In this document: one piece after another, positions 31,511 to 40,524 of the stretch | How the letters are laid out: each line of letters opens with the position of its first letter | Position numbering within the stretch: the stretch's first letter is position 1 | Assembly (NCBI GenBank): GCA_902496345.1 | Contig: CABVAP010000001.1 | Location: 1 to 61,964 of the forward strand | Direction: 5' to 3' | Source: an uncultured Eubacteriales bacterium | GTDB taxonomy: Bacteria > Bacillota > Clostridia > Lachnospirales > CAG-274 | Length of the DNA stretch: 61,964 nt | Made by a program: the position numbers and the translations under genes | Notes under the pieces: model-generated | What the model saw: only the letters and a program-made list of their open reading frames with translations | What the model was told of the DNA's origin: nothing | The model's database searches: none

Positions 31511-32924
31511 CAGCCGAATTTAAAAATGTTTCTTTCATTTCAGTAATATTTTGCTTTAAGATAGCCTTACTATTATCGACCCTTTCTGTTGTTTTTTCTG
31601 TTATTTTTTCTGTTGTTTTTTCTGTTGTTTTTTCCGTTTCTGTTGTTGATATAGGTTGTTGAGTTGTTTCTTGAACGTCTTTTATTTTTTCAGTTTCTAT
31701 AACACTTACTTCTGTCACAACTTCAATCATTTCCTTAGAAGCAGAAATATCTTTCTTTCTATATATTTCATAAATAATAATAGATGAAAAAACCACAAGG
31801 AAAACAATAACAGAACATAAAACAATAGTTATATAGTTTTTTTTATTATTTTGAGGCTTATTATATTCATAAATTGTATTGTCAAAGGATTGCTCAGAGT
31901 TTACCTCTCTTCTCGGCATAAATTGAGTAGGACTTAAATCATCATTCAAATCAACATAGCTATTAGCATACTGTTTTGGAGAATATGAAAAAGTTTCTTC
32001 TGAAACATTATTAAGTATGTTTTCTAGCTCTATTCTCATAGCAGTAGGAGTTCTATATCTGTTTTCAGGGTAAAATTCACAAGCCTTTAAAATAACCTTT
32101 GCCAACCTGTCCTCAGCATTCACAGGCTTAGGTAATTTCTGACCACTCATTCTTTTAACAAGGGCAGTCTCTTTGTCACCGTGACTTATCAGCTTAGGAT
32201 ATTCTGGCATAAAAGGTGTTCTGTTGTTGTTTAAAAGCCTATACATAACAATCCCCAAAGAATATATATCAACTGTCAAGCCATAGGCTTCGCCTTTATA
32301 AACCTCCGGTGCGATATAAGTATAGGTACCTTTTTTAGAAAGTCCGGCAGTTGTTTTTTCAACTTGTCTTGCAATTCCAAAATCACCAAGTTTAAAATCA
32401 CCATTTTCAGATACAAAAATATTTTCTGGTTTTATATCTCGATGAATAATGTTATATTTTTGGCATAATTCCAAAGCTTTACAAATATCAATTCCCAATT
32501 TAATTATATCTTTTTTAGCAACTTTATTTTTGCTAATATAATCAATAAGGGGTGTCAGCTTTTCCATTCTGATAAAAATATCCCATTCTATTTTATTAGG
32601 ATTTTTAACAACCTTATGGTCTTCATAACTAACGATATTGCTGTTTCCTTTAAGTTTTGACATAAGAACAAATTCTTCGATAATGTCCTCAACCAACTTT
32701 TCAAAATATTTTCCGACACTATTGTCGTCCATACCGTCAGCAACGATACTTTTAACTTCAGCTTGACTTTGAGGCACTTTTATATGTTTCATAGCAGACA
32801 CATAAGTTGTCCCAAAATCAATCCTTTCGATTGAATAAACCTTTCCGAAACTTCCCTCACCAATAATATCTTTTATGTACCAAGTATCCCAAAAGGGTTC
32901 AAACTTTTTAATATCACTATCCAT
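31452..32924 (-). CDS. Hanks-type Ser/Thr protein kinase 2 (paralog of kinase 1; ORF ends at an apparent frameshift)
   Basis: Same catalytic motifs as kinase 1. TM YITIVLCSVIVFLVVFSSIIIYEIY. TEKTT pentapeptide repeats. AGGTGA RBS before ATG 32924. Confidence 0.88.
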   Translation of the reverse strand: MDSDIKKFEPFWDTWYIKDIIGEGSFGKVYSIERIDFGTTYVSAMKHIKVPQSQAEVKSIVADGMDDNSVGKYFEKLVEDIIEEFVLMSKLKGNSNIVSYEDHKVVKNPNKIEWDIFIRMEKLTPLIDYISKNKVAKKDIIKLGIDICKALELCQKYNIIHRDIKPENIFVSENGDFKLGDFGIARQVEKTTAGLSKKGTYTYIAPEVYKGEAYGLTVDIYSLGIVMYRLLNNNRTPFMPEYPKLISHGDKETALVKRMSGQKLPKPVNAEDRLAKVILKACEFYPENRYRTPTAMRIELENILNNVSEETFSYSPKQYANSYVDLNDDLSPTQFMPRREVNSEQSFDNTIYEYNKPQNNKKNYITIVLCSVIVFLVVFSSIIIYEIYRKKDISASKEMIEVVTEVSVIETEKIKDVQETTQQPISTTETEKTTEKTTEKITEKTTERVDNSKAILKQNITEMKETFLNSADEIDKYYEAYFQKATTQSE

Positions 32925-32969
32925 ATCTATTCACCTAAAATTTATAAATTATAAGGAGTTGTTTTTTTA

Positions 32970-33045
32970 ATAAAGAGTATATTCCCTAAATATTAGCTTA
33001 TTTGTTTTTCTAATACAGTATAAATTTTAAGAATATACTCTTTAT
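32970..33045. promoter_or_regulatory. 15-bp perfect inverted repeat upstream of kinase 2
   Basis: ataaagagtatattc (32970-32984) and gaatatactctttat (33031-33045), with a 46-nt spacer. No flanking U-tract on either strand. Confidence 0.4.
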
Positions 33046-33143
33046 CCCTATAAAGTTAAAAATCAACAACTATTGCAAAATTGTTTTACTTATTATTAGT
33101 GTAAATTCTAATATCATTTGTATTTGTATCATTATTTCTGTTA

Positions 33144-34061
33144 TTAATAAGTTTTACATTCAATACCTTTTTTCTTTGCATAACTTTCAGCATAACTTCC
33201 CGAATGTACTTGTAATGTTTTTAAATTTGGACACTGCGAGAACGTACTTTCTCCTATACTTGTCACACTATCGGGAATTGTTACACTTGTTATATTACAA
33301 TGCGAAAATGCATAATCACCTATGCTTGTTACACTATCGGGAATTTCTACGTTTATTAAATTGTCACATCTCTCGAATGCACTTATACCTATACTTATTA
33401 CACTGTTAGGAATTTCTACATTTACTAAATTGTCGCACCCCTCAAATGCCCATTTTCCTATACTTGTTACACTGTCCGGGATTATATATTTTGTTTCAGG
33501 CTTTCCTTGTGGATATTGTAATAACTCACTTTTGGCCTTATTAAATAAAACTCCATTTTCTGAACTATAGTTAACATTATCTTGTGATACCTTTATTTCT
33601 ATCAAGCTATCACAAGTATGAAATGCCCATTCACCTATACTTGTTACACTATTAGGAATTTCCACACTTGTTAAATTTCTGCAACAATAGAATGCATCTT
33701 CTCCTATACTTGTTACACTATTGGGAATTTCTATAAGTTTTAAGTTTTTACAAGCTTCAAATGCACTTTCACCTATACTTAATACATTAACTCCACCAAT
33801 TTTTTCAGGAATAATAACATCTTTTTCATTTCCAATAAATTTAGTAATGCTACCGATAGCACTATCAAACTCAAAACTACTTTCAGAGGTTTGGTTCGTC
33901 GTAAATGTAACACTCTCAGTTTCTTCAACGCTTTCATTTTTCTGAACATTTTCAGTTTGTACATTTATTTGATTCTCAGTTGGAAAACTATCATTAGATT
34001 GAACACCACACCCTGCAGTCATACAAACAACCATAAATAAACTTGAAATTTTCTTTTTCAT
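33144..34061 (-). CDS. Lipoprotein with BspA-type leucine-rich repeats (LRR_5)
   Basis: Lipobox MTAGCG. Repeated IPNSVTSIGExAFxxCxNL units. The tail SGSYAESYAKKKGIE is shared with modules of the neighbouring giant protein. Confidence 0.8.
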   Translation of the reverse strand: MKKKISSLFMVVCMTAGCGVQSNDSFPTENQINVQTENVQKNESVEETESVTFTTNQTSESSFEFDSAIGSITKFIGNEKDVIIPEKIGGVNVLSIGESAFEACKNLKLIEIPNSVTSIGEDAFYCCRNLTSVEIPNSVTSIGEWAFHTCDSLIEIKVSQDNVNYSSENGVLFNKAKSELLQYPQGKPETKYIIPDSVTSIGKWAFEGCDNLVNVEIPNSVISIGISAFERCDNLINVEIPDSVTSIGDYAFSHCNITSVTIPDSVTSIGESTFSQCPNLKTLQVHSGSYAESYAKKKGIECKTY

Positions 34062-34137
34062 AATAAAACCTCCTTTTTTATAGTAAGAAATTTCAAATTA
34101 ATTTAAAATTTCTTACTATAAAAGTCATTAGAAGAAA

Positions 34138-37100
34138 CTACCAAATTTTATCAAACAATCTTTTAAGCACTATAGCGGCGTCGCCTCTAGTCATTTCCTC
34201 ATTAGCTCCAAACAAATAGTTTGTTGCCTTAACAACTAAATTAACGTTTGTTGCAAGAGCGACATCTTCTCTAGCCCATTCAGGAATATCAGAATTTTGT
34301 TCATATTCATCTAGAACAGCCTCAACATCATCAGGTATTCTGTAATTCATTTCATTTTTCAAAACTCTGGCGGCGATAGTTATAATTTGGCTTTTAGGTA
34401 TAATAACGTCGCCCCTAAATGTATTATCTTCGTAACCGTTTATCATACCAATCTGTTTAGCACTTCCAGCAGTACCAAAGTACCAATTTTCTTGGGTAAC
34501 ATCATCAAAACCACCGTCAACATTGTTGTCAAGTTTAGAAATAATTCTAAGAGCAATAGCAGCAACTTCGGCTCTTGTGATACTACTGTCAGGAGAAAAT
34601 TCTTTTTCGCTTGTACCACTAATAAAACCCTTTGAGGCAAGAACTTTTATAGCATCTTGCATTTCTTCACTTTTTCCTTTAATGTCATCAAAATCCTTTT
34701 CACTTTCAACAACCTTATAAATTCCACTTTCCTCAATTTTAGCTGATAATTCTCCTGTAAGAGGGTTATATTTACCACCTACAATTTCACCTTTTTCGTT
34801 TGCAATAGCAACATATTTTCCGTCACCGTTGATATTAGGGAAACTTATTTTAACTTTATTTACAGTATCTTTTTGTTTTAAATCAATAGAAACTTTGTTA
34901 TTTTCAGATTTTGCAGTATTATCTGTGTTATTTGTTTTGTCATTAGTTTCATTTTCTGTTGATTTAGAGCTTTCTGTATCAGATTTTTTGGAAGAGCCAC
35001 CACCATTTGTTTTTTCAGAAACACTATTTGTATTTTCATTTGTTTCCTTTGTGTTATCCTCTGTTGTAGCTTCATCAGTAACCGGCTTTGTTTCGCTGTT
35101 ATCATCGATATTTACAAAGTTTATAGAAACCGTATTTTCACCAATATTTTTAACAGATAATTCAGAAATATCTTTTGTTGCAAAATTTACTCCAAGGTAA
35201 GGAGTTTCAACTTTAATATTGTCAATATCTTTTTTCAATTCTTCTTTCTTTATTGAAACTTCTCCATTATTTGATGTTTTAATTCTAACACCAACCTTTT
35301 CATCTCTGACCTTGCCAATACCGTCAAAAATGTTTAAAATACGATTTTTTATTTTGTCAACATCTTTTACAATTTGCTCAACACTTTCGTCATTTATAAT
35401 AATTTGGTCTGTATCTGTCATAATAGTTGCTGACCTTTCGATTACCTCATCAATGAAAAGAGCAGCTTTTTCCATACCGTCTATGCTATTTTTTGTTTCT
35501 TCGTTCATATCTTTAACGAAATCACTAGCAACCTGTTCGCCTTTTTCTTCGTCTTCAACATCAGGTAACTCGTATTCATAAGATACTTCTTTTTCTTCTG
35601 TTGTTTCTTCTGTACTGTCTTCAGTAACATTTTCAACACCAGAAATACTACTTATACTTGCAGGGGGAGTTTGAACACCTGAACCACTACTACCGCTGCT
35701 GTTATTTGTATTTTTAGCATTAAATCCGGAAATCAAATTAGGTTTATAATCGCTGTGGTACCATTGATACAATCTGCCGTCAGTCTTGAGAGCAAATCCG
35801 TCATAGCAACCGGCACCAACACTAAAGTTTTCTGTATCAGCTCCAAATATATTAACGCATTTTGAATTATTGCTGTTGTATTCCCAAACACTTCCGTCTT
35901 TTTTAAATGCCACAATAAAGCTATCACCCGTTGCTATATCTTCTGTTCCGTCAAGCTCATCAATTTTAGTGGTATTATCTTCACCATTGTATTTCCAAAC
36001 AGTACCATCATTTTTAAGTGCAATTATCGCATAAAAAGAGTAATAACTTTCAACTTTTTTAACATCTTCAAGACCGTCTATTTTATGAACAGTATTATCA
36101 TCTTCAATAATCCAAACGGTTCCGTCTTTTTTTACTACAGACATAGATGTTTTCTCTGTACCGGCATTAATCGCCATAACATCTGTAAGCCCGTCCACTT
36201 TTACCGGATTAGGATTAGTTGAATATCTATTCCATCTATAAACAGTACCGTCTTTTTTAAGTGCAAGTGCTTCACTATTTAAATCTCCAAGTGCAACATT
36301 TATAATATCAGTAAAGCCATCACCGGAAATCAATTTAAGCTCTTTGCTTCCTATATCCCATTGATAAACACTGCCGTCTTTTTTAATTGCTGCAGCTTTA
36401 CCACACTTTGCAGTTGCCCTAACAACATTATCCGTAACTTTTAGTGGTGTTTTGCCTCTTTCCCATTGCCAAACACTTCCGTCATCTTTTAAAACAACAC
36501 TAGAACTTATGCCACCATAAACTGCTTTAACAGCTTTTAATTGTTCTTGTGTGTTGTCTTCTGAATCGCCACCCTGATTTTGAGTTGTGCCTTCTGTTGT
36601 TTCATCTGTAGTATCTTCTGTAGTACTTTCTATTGCTCCGTCTGTTGTACTCTCTGTAGTGTCTTCATCTCCAATAATTTCATAATCATATTTATTATTT
36701 TTTGCATAACTTTCAGCATAGCTATCTGAATACACTTTTAGTGTTAAATCATTACAAATATCAAATGCACCCTCTTCTATACTTGTTACACTACGTGGAA
36801 TTATTACATTTGCCAGATTAGTACACTCTCCAAACGCCCAAACTCCTATACTTGTTACCCCATCTGGAATTGTTACATTTTTTAAATTAATACAATTTTC
36901 AAATGAATAACTTCCTATAGTCAATAATCCATTCGGAAGTTTATAGTCACTTTCAGCCTTTCCCTCAGGATATTTTATTAATTCCGTTTTTTGCTTATTA
37001 AATAAAACTCCGTTTTCTGAACTATAATTTTTATTTTGTGCAGATACATCTATTTTTGTTAATTTACAGCAACCTGAAAATACTCGTTCGCCTATACTTT

Positions 37101-38943
37101 CCACATTATTATTAAGCATTAAACTTGTTAAATTTTCACAATAACTAAATGCTTTATCACCTATATTAGTTACATTATCTGAAATAATTATATTTGTTAA
37201 TTCTTTACACTTACTAAAGGCATAGTTAGATATGGTTGTTACACTACTTGGTATTACATAGTTATTTCCTGATTTACCCTCTGGATATTTTATTAACTCT
37301 GTTTTTGTTTTATTGAATAAAATACCATTCTCTGAATTATAATTTTTATTTTCTTCAGATGTATTTATTTCCAATAATTTACTATCACCAAAAAACACAT
37401 TTATCCCTATACTTGTCACACTACTTGGAATTTCTATGCTTGTTAAATTGCTACAATTTTGGAAAGCACCCACCTCTATACTTGTTACGCTACTTGGAAT
37501 TTCTATATTTATTAAATTTTCGCATTGAATAAATGCATTTTTTCCTATATTTCTTACACCGTTTGAAATTATTACTGTTTTCAAATTATTCTTAAAACTA
37601 AACGCATTTTCTCCAATCGCTGTCACACTAACCCCGTCAATCTTTTCAGGGATAACAACATCTGTTTCTGTTCCAATAAATTTAGTAATAGTACCTGTTG
37701 AGCTATCAAATTTAAAACTACTGCTTGGGGTTACAGGAACCTCGCCAATAATTTTGTATTTAATGTTATTTTCCTTTGCATAACTTTCAGCATAGCTACC
37801 TGAATACACCTGTAATGTTAAGTTGTCACAACTATCAAGAGGTCCTCCAACAAATGTCGCTGCATCTATGTCTACTACACTACTCGGAATTGTTACACTT
37901 GTTATGTTATCACAAAATGCAAATGCACCTCCTGCTACGCTTGTTACACTATTTGGAATTATATATGTTTCTTCTGTTTTTCCTATAGGATACTGTATTA
38001 ATTTAGTCTTTTCTTTATTGAATAAAACTCCATTCTCTGAAATATAATTTTTATTATCATTTGCTATGGTTATTTCTGTAAGATTTTTACAACCAACAAA
38101 CGCAAAATCTCCTATGCTTGTTACACTATTTGGAATTTGTAAGCTTGTAATTCCGGAACAACTATAAAAAGCATTTGCACCTATACTTACTACACTATTT
38201 GGAACAGTCACACTTGTCAAATTAAAACAGCAATAAAAAGCATCATCATCTATAGTTACTACACTATTAGGAATTACATACTCCTTTTCTGCCTTTCCTG
38301 CTGGATATTGTATTAATTTTGTTCCATCTTTATCAAATAAAACTCCATTTTCTGAACTGTAATATTCATTGTCACTTGATACAACTAAATCTGCTAAATT
38401 ATCACAGCTCCAAAACGCACCTTTTCCTATACTTATTACACTATTTGGTATATTTACATTTGTCAAACCATCACACTCACTAAACGCTTCATTTCCTATA
38501 CTTGTTATACTTTGTGGAATTATTATATTTGTTAATTCATCACAATTCCAAAATGTATTATCCCCAATCGCTGTTACACTAACCCCACCAATTTTATCAG
38601 GGATAACAACATCTGTTTCATTTCCAACAAATCTAGTAATAGTACCTGTTGAGCTATCAAACTCAAAACTAGTTTCAGATGTTTGGTCTGCTGCCAAAAC
38701 AACGTCATCATTTTCGTCGACTATTTCCTCACCGTTATTTTCTGCAACAACTTCTTCGACCCCATTTTCCTCAACAGCGTCAACTATAACGTCTTCCCTT
38801 TCTTCAACATCTTCATTGATATTTTCATCTTGCACACCCATTTCATTATCAATTAAAAAATCCTCATCAAGTGCAAAAGATTGAAAACCACTTCCTGTAG
38901 TCATACAAATAGCCATAAATAAACTTGAAATTTTCTTTTTCAT
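34138..38943 (-). CDS. Giant surface protein: 3 BspA-type LRR modules + 7-blade RCC1-like propeller + acidic/low-complexity linker + 3 SLH domains
   Basis: Three modules, each running FEFDSSTGTITxF...LRR units...SYAESYAKxN. Seven KKDG(S/T)V(W/Y)xW blades. C-terminal SLH repeats (FDDIKGKSEEMQDAIKVLASKGFISG; FDDVTQENWYF; IPEWAREDVALA). Confidence 0.85.
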   Translation of the reverse strand: MKKKISSLFMAICMTTGSGFQSFALDEDFLIDNEMGVQDENINEDVEEREDVIVDAVEENGVEEVVAENNGEEIVDENDDVVLAADQTSETSFEFDSSTGTITRFVGNETDVVIPDKIGGVSVTAIGDNTFWNCDELTNIIIPQSITSIGNEAFSECDGLTNVNIPNSVISIGKGAFWSCDNLADLVVSSDNEYYSSENGVLFDKDGTKLIQYPAGKAEKEYVIPNSVVTIDDDAFYCCFNLTSVTVPNSVVSIGANAFYSCSGITSLQIPNSVTSIGDFAFVGCKNLTEITIANDNKNYISENGVLFNKEKTKLIQYPIGKTEETYIIPNSVTSVAGGAFAFCDNITSVTIPSSVVDIDAATFVGGPLDSCDNLTLQVYSGSYAESYAKENNIKYKIIGEVPVTPSSSFKFDSSTGTITKFIGTETDVVIPEKIDGVSVTAIGENAFSFKNNLKTVIISNGVRNIGKNAFIQCENLINIEIPSSVTSIEVGAFQNCSNLTSIEIPSSVTSIGINVFFGDSKLLEINTSEENKNYNSENGILFNKTKTELIKYPEGKSGNNYVIPSSVTTISNYAFSKCKELTNIIISDNVTNIGDKAFSYCENLTSLMLNNNVESIGERVFSGCCKLTKIDVSAQNKNYSSENGVLFNKQKTELIKYPEGKAESDYKLPNGLLTIGSYSFENCINLKNVTIPDGVTSIGVWAFGECTNLANVIIPRSVTSIEEGAFDICNDLTLKVYSDSYAESYAKNNKYDYEIIGDEDTTESTTDGAIESTTEDTTDETTEGTTQNQGGDSEDNTQEQLKAVKAVYGGISSSVVLKDDGSVWQWERGKTPLKVTDNVVRATAKCGKAAAIKKDGSVYQWDIGSKELKLISGDGFTDIINVALGDLNSEALALKKDGTVYRWNRYSTNPNPVKVDGLTDVMAINAGTEKTSMSVVKKDGTVWIIEDDNTVHKIDGLEDVKKVESYYSFYAIIALKNDGTVWKYNGEDNTTKIDELDGTEDIATGDSFIVAFKKDGSVWEYNSNNSKCVNIFGADTENFSVGAGCYDGFALKTDGRLYQWYHSDYKPNLISGFNAKNTNNSSGSSGSGVQTPPASISSISGVENVTEDSTEETTEEKEVSYEYELPDVEDEEKGEQVASDFVKDMNEETKNSIDGMEKAALFIDEVIERSATIMTDTDQIIINDESVEQIVKDVDKIKNRILNIFDGIGKVRDEKVGVRIKTSNNGEVSIKKEELKKDIDNIKVETPYLGVNFATKDISELSVKNIGENTVSINFVNIDDNSETKPVTDEATTEDNTKETNENTNSVSEKTNGGGSSKKSDTESSKSTENETNDKTNNTDNTAKSENNKVSIDLKQKDTVNKVKISFPNINGDGKYVAIANEKGEIVGGKYNPLTGELSAKIEESGIYKVVESEKDFDDIKGKSEEMQDAIKVLASKGFISGTSEKEFSPDSSITRAEVAAIALRIISKLDNNVDGGFDDVTQENWYFGTAGSAKQIGMINGYEDNTFRGDVIIPKSQIITIAARVLKNEMNYRIPDDVEAVLDEYEQNSDIPEWAREDVALATNVNLVVKATNYLFGANEEMTRGDAAIVLKRLFDKIW

Positions 38944-38988
38944 AAGTATTCACCTCGTATTAATTATTTAAAGTTGTAATATGTAAAT

Positions 38989-39627
38989 TTAATAAACTTT
39001 AACATTCCAAAAACCAGCATAACCACTTGCTGTAAACTTAAGTTCGTCAACACCTGTCAAAGACAAACTAACGCTTTTAACATCACCGTCTTTTGGGGTA
39101 AAAATTTCTTGAACAACTTCTCCGTCTGCGATAACCTGTATTTTACCGTCAACATCATTAGAAATACAGTCAAAGTTCAAAACATTATATTTACTATCAA
39201 GCTTAAAAATAACATATCCACCATAATCAAGCTTAAAACCATTTTTACGTTTTTCTCCTGCATAATCAAAAGAGTTGTTTCCTATAAATTGGCGATAATG
39301 ACCACTTTCAAAAGGTTGTATTATGTCAAAAATATACCCGTCAGACCCTGGGTGACTGCCAATGTAAACACTTTTGTTACTTCCATTCCAGCTTGCCTCT
39401 TTTCCAACTGCCTCGCTTACCTTTCTGATTGGTAAATAAGTTGTCCCATTATAGATAAATGGCTCGTTTCCGTCTGTATTAAGCTCTTTACCATCAACAA
39501 AAACTTTAATATCTTTGTATGCGACATTGATAGTTTCGGTAATGTTTTTTGCCATAGTTGGAATTGCTGTTGCAACTGCAACACCGGAAATAAAGCAAAT
39601 AAATCCATTTTTCAACTTAAATTTCAT
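38989..39627 (-). CDS. Secreted stalk-domain protein with NPCBM-like C-terminal beta-sandwich
   Basis: Signal/anchor helix. Copper-amine-oxidase-N-type segment FIYNGTTYLPIRKVSEAVGKEASW. The C-terminal FKLDSKYNVLNFD...IQVIADGEVV resembles NPCBM (tentative). Confidence 0.55.
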   Translation of the reverse strand: MKFKLKNGFICFISGVAVATAIPTMAKNITETINVAYKDIKVFVDGKELNTDGNEPFIYNGTTYLPIRKVSEAVGKEASWNGSNKSVYIGSHPGSDGYIFDIIQPFESGHYRQFIGNNSFDYAGEKRKNGFKLDYGGYVIFKLDSKYNVLNFDCISNDVDGKIQVIADGEVVQEIFTPKDGDVKSVSLSLTGVDELKFTASGYAGFWNVKVY

Positions 39628-39703
39628 AATATAACCTCCCTTAAAAAATAGTAATGCCTATAACCCCCATACCCACCCTTTAAAACCATAAAACTTTTTT
39701 TAT

Positions 39704-40495
39704 TTAATGCAAAAACCCTCCTATAACTCTAAATAAACCCTTATAAACTTTGATAACAACAGCAGTTGCATTATCTTTAGAACCATTTGAAACAGCCTTT
39801 TCAACAATTTTTTTAGCAAAATTATTTTTCTTTTTTAAAATTGAACAAATTTCATCATCAGAAACCCCGTTACTAACTCCGTCAGAACAAATCAAAAATA
39901 TATCTCCATTTTGAATTTGTCCAACATCACAAGAGTAAGGTTTTATAATCATTTCGCTTTCACGAATACCAAGGCATTGAGAAAGTGAATTTTTAAGTCC
40001 AAATTTAGAAATATCATCATTAGTTAAAACACCGGATTTTAACATTGCCGATAAAGTTGTATGTTCTTCGCTAAGCTGTAACAGTTTGCCTTTTCTGAAC
40101 AAAAATATTTTGCTATCACCGATATTAGCAACTGTTGCCTTTTTCCCCTTAATAGAAACGATACAGGCTGTTGTACCAATTCTTTTTTTTGTATTTTCTT
40201 GATATAGCTTACAAATTTCCTCATTTGCTCTTTTAAAATAAACATCTGAATCAAAATTTTCTTTAAATTCAGAAAGTGTTTTTGCTGCAATATAAGATGC
40301 CGTTTCTCCTTTGTCTTCTCCTCCAAGACCGTCAAACACACCAAAAAGACTTGCTTTATCTCCAAAAACAAAAGTTTTATCTAAGTTGTCTGTGTGTTCT
40401 TCTTTCATAAACTTGCCATTAATATAATAGTTATCTTCGTTATTTTCGCGATAGTTTCCCTTAAATGAATAAGCCAATGCTTTAATAGCATACAA
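39704..40495 (-). CDS. PP2C-family Ser/Thr protein phosphatase
   Basis: RENNEDN, FGVFDGLGGEDKGETAS, ANIGDSKIF, CSDGVSNGVSDDEI, SKDNATAVVI. TTG start, exact start uncertain. Confidence 0.88.
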   Translation of the reverse strand: MYAIKALAYSFKGNYRENNEDNYYINGKFMKEEHTDNLDKTFVFGDKASLFGVFDGLGGEDKGETASYIAAKTLSEFKENFDSDVYFKRANEEICKLYQENTKKRIGTTACIVSIKGKKATVANIGDSKIFLFRKGKLLQLSEEHTTLSAMLKSGVLTNDDISKFGLKNSLSQCLGIRESEMIIKPYSCDVGQIQNGDIFLICSDGVSNGVSDDEICSILKKKNNFAKKIVEKAVSNGSKDNATAVVIKVYKGLFRVIGGFLH

Positions 40496-40524
40496 AACAA
40501 AAATCCCCCCTCTTTGGTTTTATA

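Noticed and set aside
38369-38884. 171-aa plus-strand ORF (and similar ones at 34829-35200, 35219-35581, 45654-46109, 23818-24264 and 10365-10718)
   Set aside because: All are antisense to long, domain-rich minus-strand genes. They are S/L/F-rich mirror translations of repetitive coding sequence, not independent genes.
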